A stretch of DNA of 31,377 nucleotides from a virus, in UHGV virus genome UHGV-0092341; one strand, written 5' to 3'. Below, one piece after another: positions 16,509 to 25,867 of the stretch. Each line of letters opens with the position of its first letter. The first letter of the stretch is position 1. The notes beneath the pieces are model-generated. The model was given only the letters and a program-made list of their open reading frames with translations. It made no database searches and had not been told where the DNA came from. A program made the translations under genes and the position numbers.

Positions 16509-17624
16509 ATGTCAGCCATTCACATTTTTAAAGCCGGTACTCATACCGATATGCACGGCAAAAAACTGCCGTTCACGCCAGACGATCTTGCCGCCTGCGT
16601 GAAAGCCTATGACCCGTCCGTCCATGAAGCACCACTCGTGATTGGTCATCCCAGAACGGAAGACCCGGCGTGGGGCTGGGTGAAAGCCCTGTCGCTCAGC
16701 GGCGTCGATCTGATGGCAGAGCCTGCCCAGCTGGACCCGCAGTTTGCTGAGATGGTCACCGACGGACGATTCAAAAAAGTGTCCGCCTCTTTCTACCTCC
16801 CGGATTCACCGTCCAATCCGAAGCCCGGCGTGCTCTACCTTCGCCATGTGGGCTTTCTCGGGGCACAGCCACCTTCCGTCAAGGGGCTGAAACAGGTGTC
16901 CTTCAGTGAGCAGGAAGAAGGTGTGGTGGAGTTCGCCGACTGGCAGGCCATCACGAATGCCTCCCTGTGGGGAAAGCTGCGCGATTTTCTGATCGCCCGC
17001 TTCAGTCTGGACGAGGCAGAAAAAGTCCTGCCGGAATGGCAGCTCAACAGTCTGCGCGAAGAGGCGTACCGCGACACACTGTCGCAGGATGCAGCAGGTG
17101 CACAATTCAGTGAGACAGGCCCGGGGCCGTCTTCCGCAAGTAACGAGGAATCATCGATGACAAAAGAAGAGATTGAAGCCCTTCAGGAGGAGAACCGCCG
17201 CCTGAAGCAGCAGGCTGCTGATCGCGATGCGCGTGATGCACAGGTCAGACAGGAGCAACTGCATAAGGACAATGTGGCCTTTGCAGAAAAACTGGTCGCA
17301 GAGGGCCGTCTGGCTCCCCGCGCCTCCTCCGTGGTGGTTGCCCTGCTGGATGCCGTCGCCGGTGGCGACAAGCCGGTGGAGTTTGCTGAGGGGGAAAGCC
17401 GCACACCGCTGGCCACCGCCTTTCGTTCATTGCTCTCCGACGGGGAGCCGGTGATGAATTTCGCCGAACAGGCCACAAAAGAGCGTGTCGGCGACACGGT
17501 GAAGGTGGATGTGGCAGAGTTTGCGGAAGCCGATCCTGAGCGTCTGGCCCTGCATCAGAAAGCAGTGGCCCTGTCCAAAAAAGAAGGCATCAGCTATGAG
17601 GCTGCTGTCGCACGCTGCCTGTAA
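16509..17624 (+). CDS. putative head protease/scaffold (Mu I-like)
   Basis: 371 aa between G-like gene and major capsid; C-terminal half helical and charged (scaffold-like). Assignment by position. Confidence 0.5.
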   Translation: MSAIHIFKAGTHTDMHGKKLPFTPDDLAACVKAYDPSVHEAPLVIGHPRTEDPAWGWVKALSLSGVDLMAEPAQLDPQFAEMVTDGRFKKVSASFYLPDSPSNPKPGVLYLRHVGFLGAQPPSVKGLKQVSFSEQEEGVVEFADWQAITNASLWGKLRDFLIARFSLDEAEKVLPEWQLNSLREEAYRDTLSQDAAGAQFSETGPGPSSASNEESSMTKEEIEALQEENRRLKQQAADRDARDAQVRQEQLHKDNVAFAEKLVAEGRLAPRASSVVVALLDAVAGGDKPVEFAEGESRTPLATAFRSLLSDGEPVMNFAEQATKERVGDTVKVDVAEFAEADPERLALHQKAVALSKKEGISYEAAVARCL

Positions 17625-17638
17625 TTTAAGGAGAGAGC

Positions 17639-18592
17639 ATGTCTGATTACTTAAAAGGTAAACGTGTCGTTGATCCGGTACTGACCAGTATCGCCCGTGG
17701 CTATAAAAATGCCGCATTCATCGGCGAACGTATTTTCCCCGTCGTGCTGACGGACAAGGAAGGCGTGCGTGTACCGACCTTCGGGAAAACCGCCTTTGTG
17801 GAATATGACACCGAGCGTGCCGTCGGGGCGGACAGCAATGTTCTGGTCCGTGAAAAAACAGGCACGCTGGACCTGGTGCTGGGTGAACACGATCTGGCTG
17901 CGCCGGTGGACTATCGCGAGCAGGCGGAGTCCATGTTTAACGAAGAGAGCAAGGCCATCCGTCGCGCCACGAATGGCGTGAACCTGCGCCGTGAACTTAT
18001 CGCTGCCCGTCTGGCTCAGGATGAAAAGGTCTACCGTACCGGGCACGTCAAAAAACTGACAGCCAGTGATCGCTGGGCCGGTGGTAAGGGGGACCCCATC
18101 GGGGTGATTGAAGCCGGTATGGAAGCGGTCCGTACGGCCACGGGGCTGCGTCCTAACCTGATGACCATGGGGGCCGGCGTGATGGCGCTGCTGAAGTTCC
18201 ACCCGGCGATTCAGGCCGCCATCGGAGCCAACGAACGCAAGCGCATCACCACAGAAATCCTGCAGGACCTCTTTCAGATCGAAGAGATCGTCATCGGTGC
18301 CCCGGTCTCCTTGCCGTCCATGAAAGCGGCAATGGATAAGAACAGCGTGCCGGCGGATATCTGGGGAGACAATCTGATGCTGCACTATGTCGGCAAACCG
18401 CAGCCGGGGGCGGACAGCGCGGACGAGAACGAGCCGTCCTTCGGCTACACCCTGCGTCGTAAGGGGATGCCTGTTGCCGACAAATACGACGGAGCCGGTG
18501 GCAAGGTGAAGTACTGCCGTTATACCGATATCTACAAAGTCGCCGTGGTTGGTGGCGATGCCGGGTATCTCATTACCGGTATCAGTAAATAA
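17639..18592 (+). CDS. major capsid protein (Mu T-like)
   Basis: 317 aa, strong SD (AAGGAGAG); conserved position after protease/scaffold. Confidence 0.75.
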   Translation: MSDYLKGKRVVDPVLTSIARGYKNAAFIGERIFPVVLTDKEGVRVPTFGKTAFVEYDTERAVGADSNVLVREKTGTLDLVLGEHDLAAPVDYREQAESMFNEESKAIRRATNGVNLRRELIAARLAQDEKVYRTGHVKKLTASDRWAGGKGDPIGVIEAGMEAVRTATGLRPNLMTMGAGVMALLKFHPAIQAAIGANERKRITTEILQDLFQIEEIVIGAPVSLPSMKAAMDKNSVPADIWGDNLMLHYVGKPQPGADSADENEPSFGYTLRRKGMPVADKYDGAGGKVKYCRYTDIYKVAVVGGDAGYLITGISK

Positions 18593-18601
18593 GGAGGCGT
18601 T

Positions 18602-18940
18602 ATGGGAACCACTCAGCAGGTCATTCTGATCACAACCGTAACGGCAGGGGCAGCACTGGCACAGCAGCGTTTTGTCGGGGCAGATAATACCCCCTGTAAA
18701 GCCGGTGCCGCAGCGCTCGGGGTTGCCGAAGTGGATGCTGTTACCGGCGACAGCACGCCGGTGAGCGTTCTGGGCATTATTGCTGTCGAGGCCGGGGCCG
18801 CTGTCAGCCGTGGTGTGGCTGTTCAGTCAGATGCTCAGGCCAGAGCCGTGCCGCAGTCCGGCGACGGTAAATCCTGTGGTATTGCACTTGATGAAGCCGG
18901 GGGTGAAGGCGACGTCATTCGTATCCTGCGCGGGGTGTGA
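18602..18940 (+). CDS. small Gly/Ala-rich head-associated protein (112 aa)
   Basis: SD AGGAGG upstream; position right after major capsid gene. Confidence 0.5.
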   Translation: MGTTQQVILITTVTAGAALAQQRFVGADNTPCKAGAAALGVAEVDAVTGDSTPVSVLGIIAVEAGAAVSRGVAVQSDAQARAVPQSGDGKSCGIALDEAGGEGDVIRILRGV

Positions 18941-18941
18941 C

Positions 18942-19388
18942 ATGTACTGCACCCTGGAGGATTTGCTTGCGCAGGTGCCGGAGCGGACGCTTATCGAGCT
19001 CACCAGTGAAGAGATGGACTTCGACTCGCCTGCAACAGTGAATACCCGTGTGGTGGACAGCTGTATCCGCTATGCCGACGAGCTGATTGATGCCCATCTG
19101 CGCGGACGCTATATCCTGCCACTGGCAGAGATACCGACTGTTCTGCGGGACATTGCCATCACGCTGGTCCGTTACCGGCTCTACGCCCGCCGCCCGGAAG
19201 GTGACCTCCCGGATACGGTGAAGGATGACCACAAAGAAGCGCTGCGGCAACTCAGGGAGTTACGTGATAACAGGCTCACGCTGGGGCTGCCGTCCACTCA
19301 GAAAGATGTGCCTGAGCCTGGCGAGTTTCGTGTACGCAGTCGCCCGGCCACTTTCGGCGGTCGTGACGGTTTACTGGAGAAATACTGA
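18942..19388 (+). CDS. head completion protein (Mu gp36-like)
   Basis: ATG 18942 directly after previous stop (track start 18780 would overlap); 148 aa. Confidence 0.5.
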   Translation: MYCTLEDLLAQVPERTLIELTSEEMDFDSPATVNTRVVDSCIRYADELIDAHLRGRYILPLAEIPTVLRDIAITLVRYRLYARRPEGDLPDTVKDDHKEALRQLRELRDNRLTLGLPSTQKDVPEPGEFRVRSRPATFGGRDGLLEKY

Positions 19389-19852
19389 TGAACGTTCTGC
19401 CCGTCCTTGATGCGGTACTGGCCCGGTTACGCGAGAAGCTGCCGCAACTGCAGGTGGAGTACTTCCCGGAGAAACCGGCTGAATATCGCCTGAACCATCC
19501 GGTTGGCGCGTTGCTGTTGAGCTATGCCGGTTCGCGCTTTGACAGGCCGGATGATACCGGTGCGGTGATCCAGTCTCAGACTATCCAGCTCTGCGTCACG
19601 GTGGTCTTCCGCCAGCTCAACGGTAAAAAAGGGGCGATTAATGTCCTGGATGCTGTCCGCCGCATTCTCGGTGGCCACACCCCGCCCGGCTGCCGCCGCC
19701 GTATCTGGCTGACCCGCGAGGTGTTTATCGGTGAAGTCAGGGGGCTGTGGCAGTACGCCCTCGACTTCGCGACTGAAAGCGTCTTTATCGAAGACAGCGA
19801 TTTACCGTCCGGCCCGCTGTTAACCGAAGTGAACTATGAGGAAAGCGAGTGA
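19388..19852 (+). CDS. head-tail connector region protein (Mu gp37-like)
   Basis: 154 aa; overlapping start/stop with neighbours. Confidence 0.5.
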   Translation: MNVLPVLDAVLARLREKLPQLQVEYFPEKPAEYRLNHPVGALLLSYAGSRFDRPDDTGAVIQSQTIQLCVTVVFRQLNGKKGAINVLDAVRRILGGHTPPGCRRRIWLTREVFIGEVRGLWQYALDFATESVFIEDSDLPSGPLLTEVNYEESE

Positions 19853-20103
19853 TGAAAGAATACCGCTATTCCGGCCCGGCCAGCGGCGTCACGCTGTCGG
19901 ACGGAACCGAAATCCTGCTCTGGCCGGGGAAGACGGTTTCCCTGCCGGAGGAGCATGACTACGTGAAGGTACTGGTGGCGCTGAAACATCTGACGCCGGT
20001 ACCTGAAGAGACTAAACCCGCCGGCACACCGGCTGTGCAGTCACCAAAGCGCAGAAGCAGCAGTGACAGCGAAGTGAAAACGGAGGACACCCATGGCAGC
20101 TAA
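19849..20103 (+). CDS. small hypothetical protein (84 aa)
   Basis: ORF in track; overlaps neighbours at both ends. Confidence 0.45.
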   Translation: MMKEYRYSGPASGVTLSDGTEILLWPGKTVSLPEEHDYVKVLVALKHLTPVPEETKPAGTPAVQSPKRRSSSDSEVKTEDTHGS

Positions 20104-21520
20104 CTATCTGCATGGTCCCGAAACCATTGAGGTGGAAAACGGTGCCCGCCCGGTTAAAACGGTGAAATCTGCCGTTATTGGCCTGATTGGTACCGCCCCG
20201 ATGGGGGATGTCAATACGCTGGTACAGTGCCTGTCTGAGAAAGACGCAGCGGCATTTGGCAGCCAGTTCACCGGCTTTACCATTCCGCAGGCGCTGGATG
20301 CGATTTATGACCATGGTGCAGGTACCGTTCTGGTCATTAACGTCCTCGACCCGGCGAAACATAAAACGGCGATCGAGGATGAGGTGGTTACCTTTGACAA
20401 ATCGACAGGGCAGGCCAGACTGGCGCATCCGGTTGTCGCTAATGTGGTGGTGAAAAACAGTGAAGGCAGCACCTCCCACACGGCGAACACGGACTACCGT
20501 GTTGATGCGCAGGCGGGTGTGCTCACGAACCTGGGCAAGGCTATTGAGGCCGGTGGCAGCGTGAAGGTGAGCTATGAGTACGCGGACCCGTCGAAGGTGA
20601 CTGCGGCGGACATCATCGGCGGGGTGAACAGCGCCGGAAACCGAACCGGCATGAAGCTGCTTAACGACAGCTTCAACCTGTACGGCTATTTCGCCAAAAT
20701 TCTGATTGCGCCGGTGTTCTGCACCCAGAAGAGTGTCGCAGTTGAGCTTATCGCCATGGCAGAGAAGCTGGGCGCGGTAACCTACATTGATGCGCCTGTC
20801 GGTACCACCTTTGCACAGGCTCTGGCAGGTCGTGGCCCGGAAGGCACCATCAACTTCAATACCAGCTCCGACCGCGTCCGTCTGTGCTATCCGCATGTGA
20901 AGGTATATGACCCGGTGACAAACACAGAGCGTCTGGAGCCGCTCAGCCAGCGTGCAGCAGGTCTGCGTGCCAGAGTCGATCTGGACAAGGGCTACTGGTG
21001 GTCATCCTCCAATCAGGAGATTCTGGGGATCACCGGCGTGGAGCGCCAGCTGTCCGCGATGATTGATGACCCGCAGAGTGAGGTGAACCTGCTTAACGAA
21101 CAGGGGATCACCACGGTATTCAGCAGTTACGGCAGCGGCCTTCGTCTGTGGGGTAACCGGACGGCAGCATGGCCAACGGTCACCCATATGCGTAACTTTG
21201 AGAACGTTCGCCGCACCGGTGATGTGATCAACGAGTCCATTCGTTATTTCAGCCAGCAGTACATCGACATGCCGATTACTCAGGCGCTGATTGATGCACT
21301 GACGGAGTCGGTCAACGCCTACGGTCGCAAAATGACTGGTGATGGTGCGGTACTGGGCTTCCGTTGCTGGTTTGATCCGGCCCGCAATCCGGAGACGGAG
21401 CTGGCCGCCGGGCACCTGTTGCTGAGCTACAAATATACGCCACCACCGCCGCTGGAGCGACTGACGTTTGAGACTGAGATCACCTCGGAATACCTGTTAA
21501 CCCTGAAAGGGGGCAACTGA
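20093..21520 (+). CDS. contractile tail sheath protein (Mu L / P2 FI-like)
   Basis: 475 aa; SD ACGGAGGA upstream; immediately followed by tube gene. Confidence 0.8.
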   Translation: MAANYLHGPETIEVENGARPVKTVKSAVIGLIGTAPMGDVNTLVQCLSEKDAAAFGSQFTGFTIPQALDAIYDHGAGTVLVINVLDPAKHKTAIEDEVVTFDKSTGQARLAHPVVANVVVKNSEGSTSHTANTDYRVDAQAGVLTNLGKAIEAGGSVKVSYEYADPSKVTAADIIGGVNSAGNRTGMKLLNDSFNLYGYFAKILIAPVFCTQKSVAVELIAMAEKLGAVTYIDAPVGTTFAQALAGRGPEGTINFNTSSDRVRLCYPHVKVYDPVTNTERLEPLSQRAAGLRARVDLDKGYWWSSSNQEILGITGVERQLSAMIDDPQSEVNLLNEQGITTVFSSYGSGLRLWGNRTAAWPTVTHMRNFENVRRTGDVINESIRYFSQQYIDMPITQALIDALTESVNAYGRKMTGDGAVLGFRCWFDPARNPETELAAGHLLLSYKYTPPPPLERLTFETEITSEYLLTLKGGN

Positions 21521-22041
21521 TGTCAAAGATTGAGATAAACCGCATCACGAATGCCAACATCTATCTGGATGGTACTAACCTGCTGGGACGGGCTGAGGAA
21601 GTTAAACTCCCCGATGTCTCCATGATTATGCAGGAACACAAGGCGCTGGGGATGGTGGGTAAGGTGGAACTCCCGGCTGGTTTTGACAAACTGGAAGGCG
21701 AAATCAAATGGAACAGCTTTTACCGCGATGCGATGCTGTCTGCCGCGAACCCGTACAGGTCGCTGGCACTGCAGTGTCGTTCCAGCGTCCAGCGCTACAG
21801 CTCGCAGGGGCTGATTGACGAAATCCCGCTGGTCACCTTCCTGACGATTATGTTCAAGAAGAACCCGCTGGGGACGTTCAAACAGCACGAGAACGCCGAG
21901 TTCTCCAGTAGCTTCACCTGCACGTATATCAGACAGGTACTGGATGGTGAAGAGCTGCTGCAACTGGACTATCTGGCCAACATCTTCCGGGTCGGCGGTG
22001 TTGATCAACTGACTGACTACCGTATCAATATCGGGGGCTGA
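21520..22041 (+). CDS. tail tube protein (Mu M / P2 FII-like)
   Basis: 173 aa, overlapping start with sheath stop; typical size and position. Confidence 0.75.
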   Translation: MSKIEINRITNANIYLDGTNLLGRAEEVKLPDVSMIMQEHKALGMVGKVELPAGFDKLEGEIKWNSFYRDAMLSAANPYRSLALQCRSSVQRYSSQGLIDEIPLVTFLTIMFKKNPLGTFKQHENAEFSSSFTCTYIRQVLDGEELLQLDYLANIFRVGGVDQLTDYRINIGG

Positions 22042-22043
22042 CG

Positions 22044-22325
22044 GTGAGTGTTGAACTGACGGATAAAGGAGGACGATGTGCGGCACTGGGCATGTCAAAT
22101 GGTACGTGGTTTACCCTCCTTGATATTCCGGGGGTGGAAACCCTTTTTAATACCCGTAAAACCAATGACCCGATTGACTGCACACGTTCAAAGGCCCGCA
22201 AACTGGCGGATTTGATTGAAGCATGGGAGCCTCCCGACCACTGGTTCTCCGGCATCGGCAAATCTGAGGGAAAGACGCTTCTCATCGCTTTCCTGCGTAA
22301 CTGCAAGGGGTTTCGCACTTGCTGA
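22044..22325 (+). CDS. uncertain ORF (93 aa, GTG start)
   Basis: No convincing RBS/start combination (SD AAGGAGG is 3 nt from an out-of-frame ATG and 19 nt from the in-frame ATG 22092). Confidence 0.3.
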   Translation: MSVELTDKGGRCAALGMSNGTWFTLLDIPGVETLFNTRKTNDPIDCTRSKARKLADLIEAWEPPDHWFSGIGKSEGKTLLIAFLRNCKGFRTC

Positions 22326-22331
22326 CATCAC

Positions 22332-22357
22332 AGGGGCTCCGGCCCCTTCTTCTTAAT
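22332..22357 (+). terminator. terminator-like hairpin (AGGGGC-TCCG-GCCCCT) followed by TTCTTCTT
   Basis: Read directly; overlaps upstream edge of the late-promoter motif at 22349. Confidence 0.4.
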
Positions 22358-22399
22358 CTCCTTTAATATCCGTCACGCGCTTCTCCCGACATACTGCCC
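22349..22399 (+). promoter_or_regulatory. candidate late promoter (conserved bipartite motif, copy 3), upstream of tail chaperone/tape-measure block
   Basis: CTTCTTAA-N4-CTTTAATATC-N20-ATACTGCCC, ending 24 nt before ATG 22423. Confidence 0.5.
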
Positions 22400-22422
22400 T
22401 GAACTTACACAGGAGCACAATC

Positions 22423-22758
22423 ATGTCACAGACCCCATCCGATACTTTTAAATTGTCTTATCCCTTCACCACTGCTGCAGGCACCAGAATTGAGCTGGTT
22501 GAACTGAAACGCCTGACGGTAAAAGACCTGAAGCAGGTGCGCAAAATCAGCAAAAACCCGGCAGACTGGGACGAACCGCTGATTGCCCGCAGTACTGGTC
22601 TTCTCCCGGAAGATCTCGACAATATGGATCTGGCTGATTACCTGCAGTTACAGAAACGATTTCAGCTCATCACGGGGATGGGTGAGAGCAACCAGGGCGC
22701 TGACGCAGGCGCAGGGGCTGCTGGCGAGATGGTTCCGGTTTCAGCCGGGGGAGATTGA
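22423..22758 (+). CDS. tail assembly chaperone (P2 gpE-like)
   Basis: 111 aa acidic protein just upstream of tape measure; SD CAGGAG; overlapped at 3' end by a protein-like ORF in the +1 frame. Confidence 0.6.
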   Translation: MSQTPSDTFKLSYPFTTAAGTRIELVELKRLTVKDLKQVRKISKNPADWDEPLIARSTGLLPEDLDNMDLADYLQLQKRFQLITGMGESNQGADAGAGAAGEMVPVSAGGD

Positions 22759-22840
22759 TGCCCTCGATACTGACGATCTGGAGATGTGGCTGGAGCAGGC
22801 TGAAGAGCAAATAAAAAGCGAGTACGGCGACAAATCATAG
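22748..22840 (+). CDS. frameshift extension of tail chaperone (E'-like), +1 frame
   Basis: +1-frame reading ...GEIDALDTDDLEMWLEQAEEQIKSEYGDKS is protein-like; the -1 frame has a stop at 22683. G5 run at 22747-22751 is a possible slip site. Confidence 0.4.
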   Translation, partial: GEIDALDTDDLEMWLEQAEEQIKSEYGDKS

Positions 22841-22915
22841 TACAGACAGCCGCCAGTAGCGGCTGTTCTGCGTTATCCCCTCACGTCTTTTCACCTTCCC
22901 CGGAGGTTAACCACT

Positions 22916-25867
22916 ATGTCGGGACAGTTTTCAGTCGGCGTTGTTATCGGCGGGATGATTGGTAGCACATTCCGTTCTGCAATGAGCGGTACCCGCCGTG
23001 CGCTTGATTCCCTGAGCGATACCTCACGCCGCCTGCAGGAACGTCAGAACGCTTTAACCCGTGCAACAGAACGTTATGGTCAACTGGGTTCTTCCCGGAT
23101 GCAGCATCTCAACAGCGAGCTGCTGCGGGTAAGCCGCACCATGGAGCAAATTGAGCGCCAGCAGCGCCGTCTGTCAGCGGCATCCGCTACCAGTGATGCG
23201 CTGAAAGCTAACCGCATGGCGCTGTATGGTCAGGGGATTGAAGCGTATGGCATGGCACAGACTGTTTATCATACGGTTTCCCCTGCCGTTCAGCAGTCCA
23301 TGTCTTTTCAGGACAAAATGATTGATATGTCGATCACCGCAAAATATGACAATAAAACGCGGGATGGACTTGCCGGACAGATAAAAGGCTGGGCGCTTAA
23401 ATACAATCAGTATCAGGATGAGCTGCAGGAGGCGGTGGGTTCACTCATCAGCGACAATATTGATAATGTGTCAGATATCGGTTTTCTGATGCCGGATATT
23501 GCCCGCGCGGCAACGGCAACACGCACGTCTGCTCAGGACTGGGCAAAAGTGGCCGCAGTCTGGCAAAACTCCCTGAAAGGTGCGGCCAGAGATTTTGGTG
23601 CCGTTCAGAATATTATGGCTTATGCCGGTGACCAGGGGTCATTTGAAATCCCGGATCAGGTCAAGTGGATGCAGTCCCTGGCCCCAATGATGGCGGGTAT
23701 TGCCAGTGGAAAAGAGGCTGTTGCTGAAATCGGGGCCAGTCTCCAGATAGCAAAAATCGGTGCAGGTTCCACCGACGAAGCAGCCAATAATTTTAAAAAC
23801 TTTCTTACCAAAATTTTTGCCCGCGATACTCAGAAACAGTTTGCTGATCTGGGTATTGATTTGCAGGGATCTATTGCGAGTTATAAAGCTGCGGGGATCT
23901 CTCCGATTGAAGGGATGTTGAGTGTTATAGAACGTTACCTCAATGCCAAAAGCCCCGAAGCGCTGGCCGGCTTCAAATCAGCCATGAAAATAAAGAATGA
24001 TACGGCAAGAGATGAGGCACTTCAGGCTCTGGCGAAAAACTTTGGTCTGGGCGATATGTTCGCGGATATGCAGGTCATGGCATTTATCCGCCCGATGCTG
24101 GCCAACATGGACAGATATCGAGAGATCCGTGCCGGTGCTCTCAGGGCTGCGGATAACGATTTGCTTGCCAGTGCTTATGATCAGCGGCTGAAATCTCCCC
24201 TTGAAGCCACTAAAACACTTATGGTCAGCAGTCGCGATCTGGCAATTACGCTGGGCGATCAATTAGCTCCATCTTTTATTTCTTTGACTCAGGAACTGCT
24301 TCCACTCATTCAGGGGGCAAAACACTGGGTAGCGACTCACCCGCAATTTGTCAGTGGGGCTTTTAAGCTCATCAGTGCGCTCCTTGCGATTAAGATAGCG
24401 ACTGTTGGTCTCAAACTGGGGCTGAATCTCCTTATTTCCCCCTTTGTAAGTGTCTGGAAAAATGCTGTTTTACTTCGGGCCAACTGGCTTCGTCTGTCGC
24501 TCGCACTGGGGCAAGGCGGTAAGCTCCGCTGGCTGGTGACCGGATTTAGCGCCGTCGCCAGAGGAGCCAGAACACTGAGTGGCGTGCTCTCCGGGGGGCT
24601 GGTTCGCGGAATTATGCTCGCCGGACGTGCTGTTCTCTGGATTGGGCGTGCGCTGATGATGAATCCCATCGGTCTCGTTATCACCGCTGTCGCGGCAGCA
24701 GCTTACCTTATCTACCGCAACTGGGGGGCAGTCAGTGGCTGGTTTAAACAGCGCTGGGCAGACATTCAGGAAGCCTTTAACGGCGGCATTGTGGGAATTG
24801 GTAAGTTACTGATTAACTGGTCGCCGGCAGGCCTGCTCTATAAAGCCTTTGCGGCTGCGCTGAAATATTTCGGCGTTGCTCTGCCGGCAAAGTTCACCGA
24901 CTTCGGTGGCCATCTTATCGACGGTCTGATTAACGGTATCAAAAACAAATGGGGGTCGCTCAAATCCAGTGTAACCGGAATGGGTGACAGCATCAGTAGC
25001 TGGTTTAAACAGTGCTGGGCTGACATTCAGGAAGCCTTTAACGGCGGTATCGCGGGAACTGGTAAGCTGCTGATTAACTGGTCGCCGGCAGGTCTGCTCT
25101 ATAAAGCCTTTGCAGCTGCGCTGAAATATCTTGGTGTTGATCTGCCGGCAAAGTTTACCGACTTCGGTGGCCATCTTGTCGATGGTCTGATTAACGGTAT
25201 CAAAAACAAATGGGAGTCGCTCAAATCCAGTGTAACCGGAATGGGTGACAGCATCAGTGGCTGGTTCAGCGAAAAGCTGGGCATTCATTCGCCGAGCCGC
25301 GTGTTTATGGGCTTTGGTGACAATATCGCGCAGGGGGCCGCCATTGGCCTGCAGCGGACCACTCCGCTTGCAGCTCTGGCCGGGCAGCGAATGGCCAGTG
25401 AACTGCTCCCCAGAATGCCCGTGAGCATCCAGGGGCCAGAAATACGGGATAACACTTCAGGTGTTCGCTTCAGTATGCCGTTGCCCGATATCAACGGGTT
25501 TATGTCGTCTGCTAAAAATGCGATCGGAGCCGTAATCAATAGTTTGTCTTCCATGCCCGTTATTCCGCTCTCCACCCGGGCATCGATTTTACCAGGGCAA
25601 CGTCTGGCAAATGAGATGACACCGGATGTTCCCCGTATCCCCTCGTCTGAAATCCTGGCTGCCGGATATTCAGGCCGTGGTGCAGCTGCAACCGGCGGTG
25701 GAACGTCTGGTGGTATCCAGGTCAGCTTTAATCCTCAGTTTTTCCTCAATGGCAAGGAAACCACAGCGCCTGCAGGACTGACTGGTGCCCTGAATATGAG
25801 TCTGCATGAGCTGGAAAAAATGCTGGAGCGTCTGCTGGCTCAGAAACAACGTAAGGAGTACCGCTGA
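22916..25867 (+). CDS. tail tape measure protein
   Basis: 983 aa, helical N-terminal half, hydrophobic segments, internal tandem repeat; downstream of chaperone pair. Confidence 0.85.
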   Translation: MSGQFSVGVVIGGMIGSTFRSAMSGTRRALDSLSDTSRRLQERQNALTRATERYGQLGSSRMQHLNSELLRVSRTMEQIERQQRRLSAASATSDALKANRMALYGQGIEAYGMAQTVYHTVSPAVQQSMSFQDKMIDMSITAKYDNKTRDGLAGQIKGWALKYNQYQDELQEAVGSLISDNIDNVSDIGFLMPDIARAATATRTSAQDWAKVAAVWQNSLKGAARDFGAVQNIMAYAGDQGSFEIPDQVKWMQSLAPMMAGIASGKEAVAEIGASLQIAKIGAGSTDEAANNFKNFLTKIFARDTQKQFADLGIDLQGSIASYKAAGISPIEGMLSVIERYLNAKSPEALAGFKSAMKIKNDTARDEALQALAKNFGLGDMFADMQVMAFIRPMLANMDRYREIRAGALRAADNDLLASAYDQRLKSPLEATKTLMVSSRDLAITLGDQLAPSFISLTQELLPLIQGAKHWVATHPQFVSGAFKLISALLAIKIATVGLKLGLNLLISPFVSVWKNAVLLRANWLRLSLALGQGGKLRWLVTGFSAVARGARTLSGVLSGGLVRGIMLAGRAVLWIGRALMMNPIGLVITAVAAAAYLIYRNWGAVSGWFKQRWADIQEAFNGGIVGIGKLLINWSPAGLLYKAFAAALKYFGVALPAKFTDFGGHLIDGLINGIKNKWGSLKSSVTGMGDSISSWFKQCWADIQEAFNGGIAGTGKLLINWSPAGLLYKAFAAALKYLGVDLPAKFTDFGGHLVDGLINGIKNKWESLKSSVTGMGDSISGWFSEKLGIHSPSRVFMGFGDNIAQGAAIGLQRTTPLAALAGQRMASELLPRMPVSIQGPEIRDNTSGVRFSMPLPDINGFMSSAKNAIGAVINSLSSMPVIPLSTRASILPGQRLANEMTPDVPRIPSSEILAAGYSGRGAAATGGGTSGGIQVSFNPQFFLNGKETTAPAGLTGALNMSLHELEKMLERLLAQKQRKEYR
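24740..25261 (+). repeat. in-frame tandem duplication inside tape measure gene (2 x 261 bp = 2 x 87 aa)
   Basis: WFKQRWADIQEAFNGG...DSISS and WFKQCWADIQEAFNGG...DSISG are near-identical; second copy starts exactly 261 nt after the first (24740 vs 25001). Confidence 0.85.

Noticed and set aside
17651-18385. 244-aa minus-strand ORF inside the major capsid gene
   Set aside because: Antisense shadow ORF in GC-rich DNA.
20012-20896. 294-aa minus-strand ORF inside the tail sheath gene
   Set aside because: Antisense shadow ORF; Arg/His-rich composition typical of antisense reading of GC-rich genes.
21523-22098. 191-aa minus-strand ORF opposite the tail tube gene
   Set aside because: Antisense shadow ORF.
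24806-25288. 160-aa minus-strand ORF with an internal repeat
   Set aside because: Its repeat is just the antisense image of the tape-measure tandem duplication.
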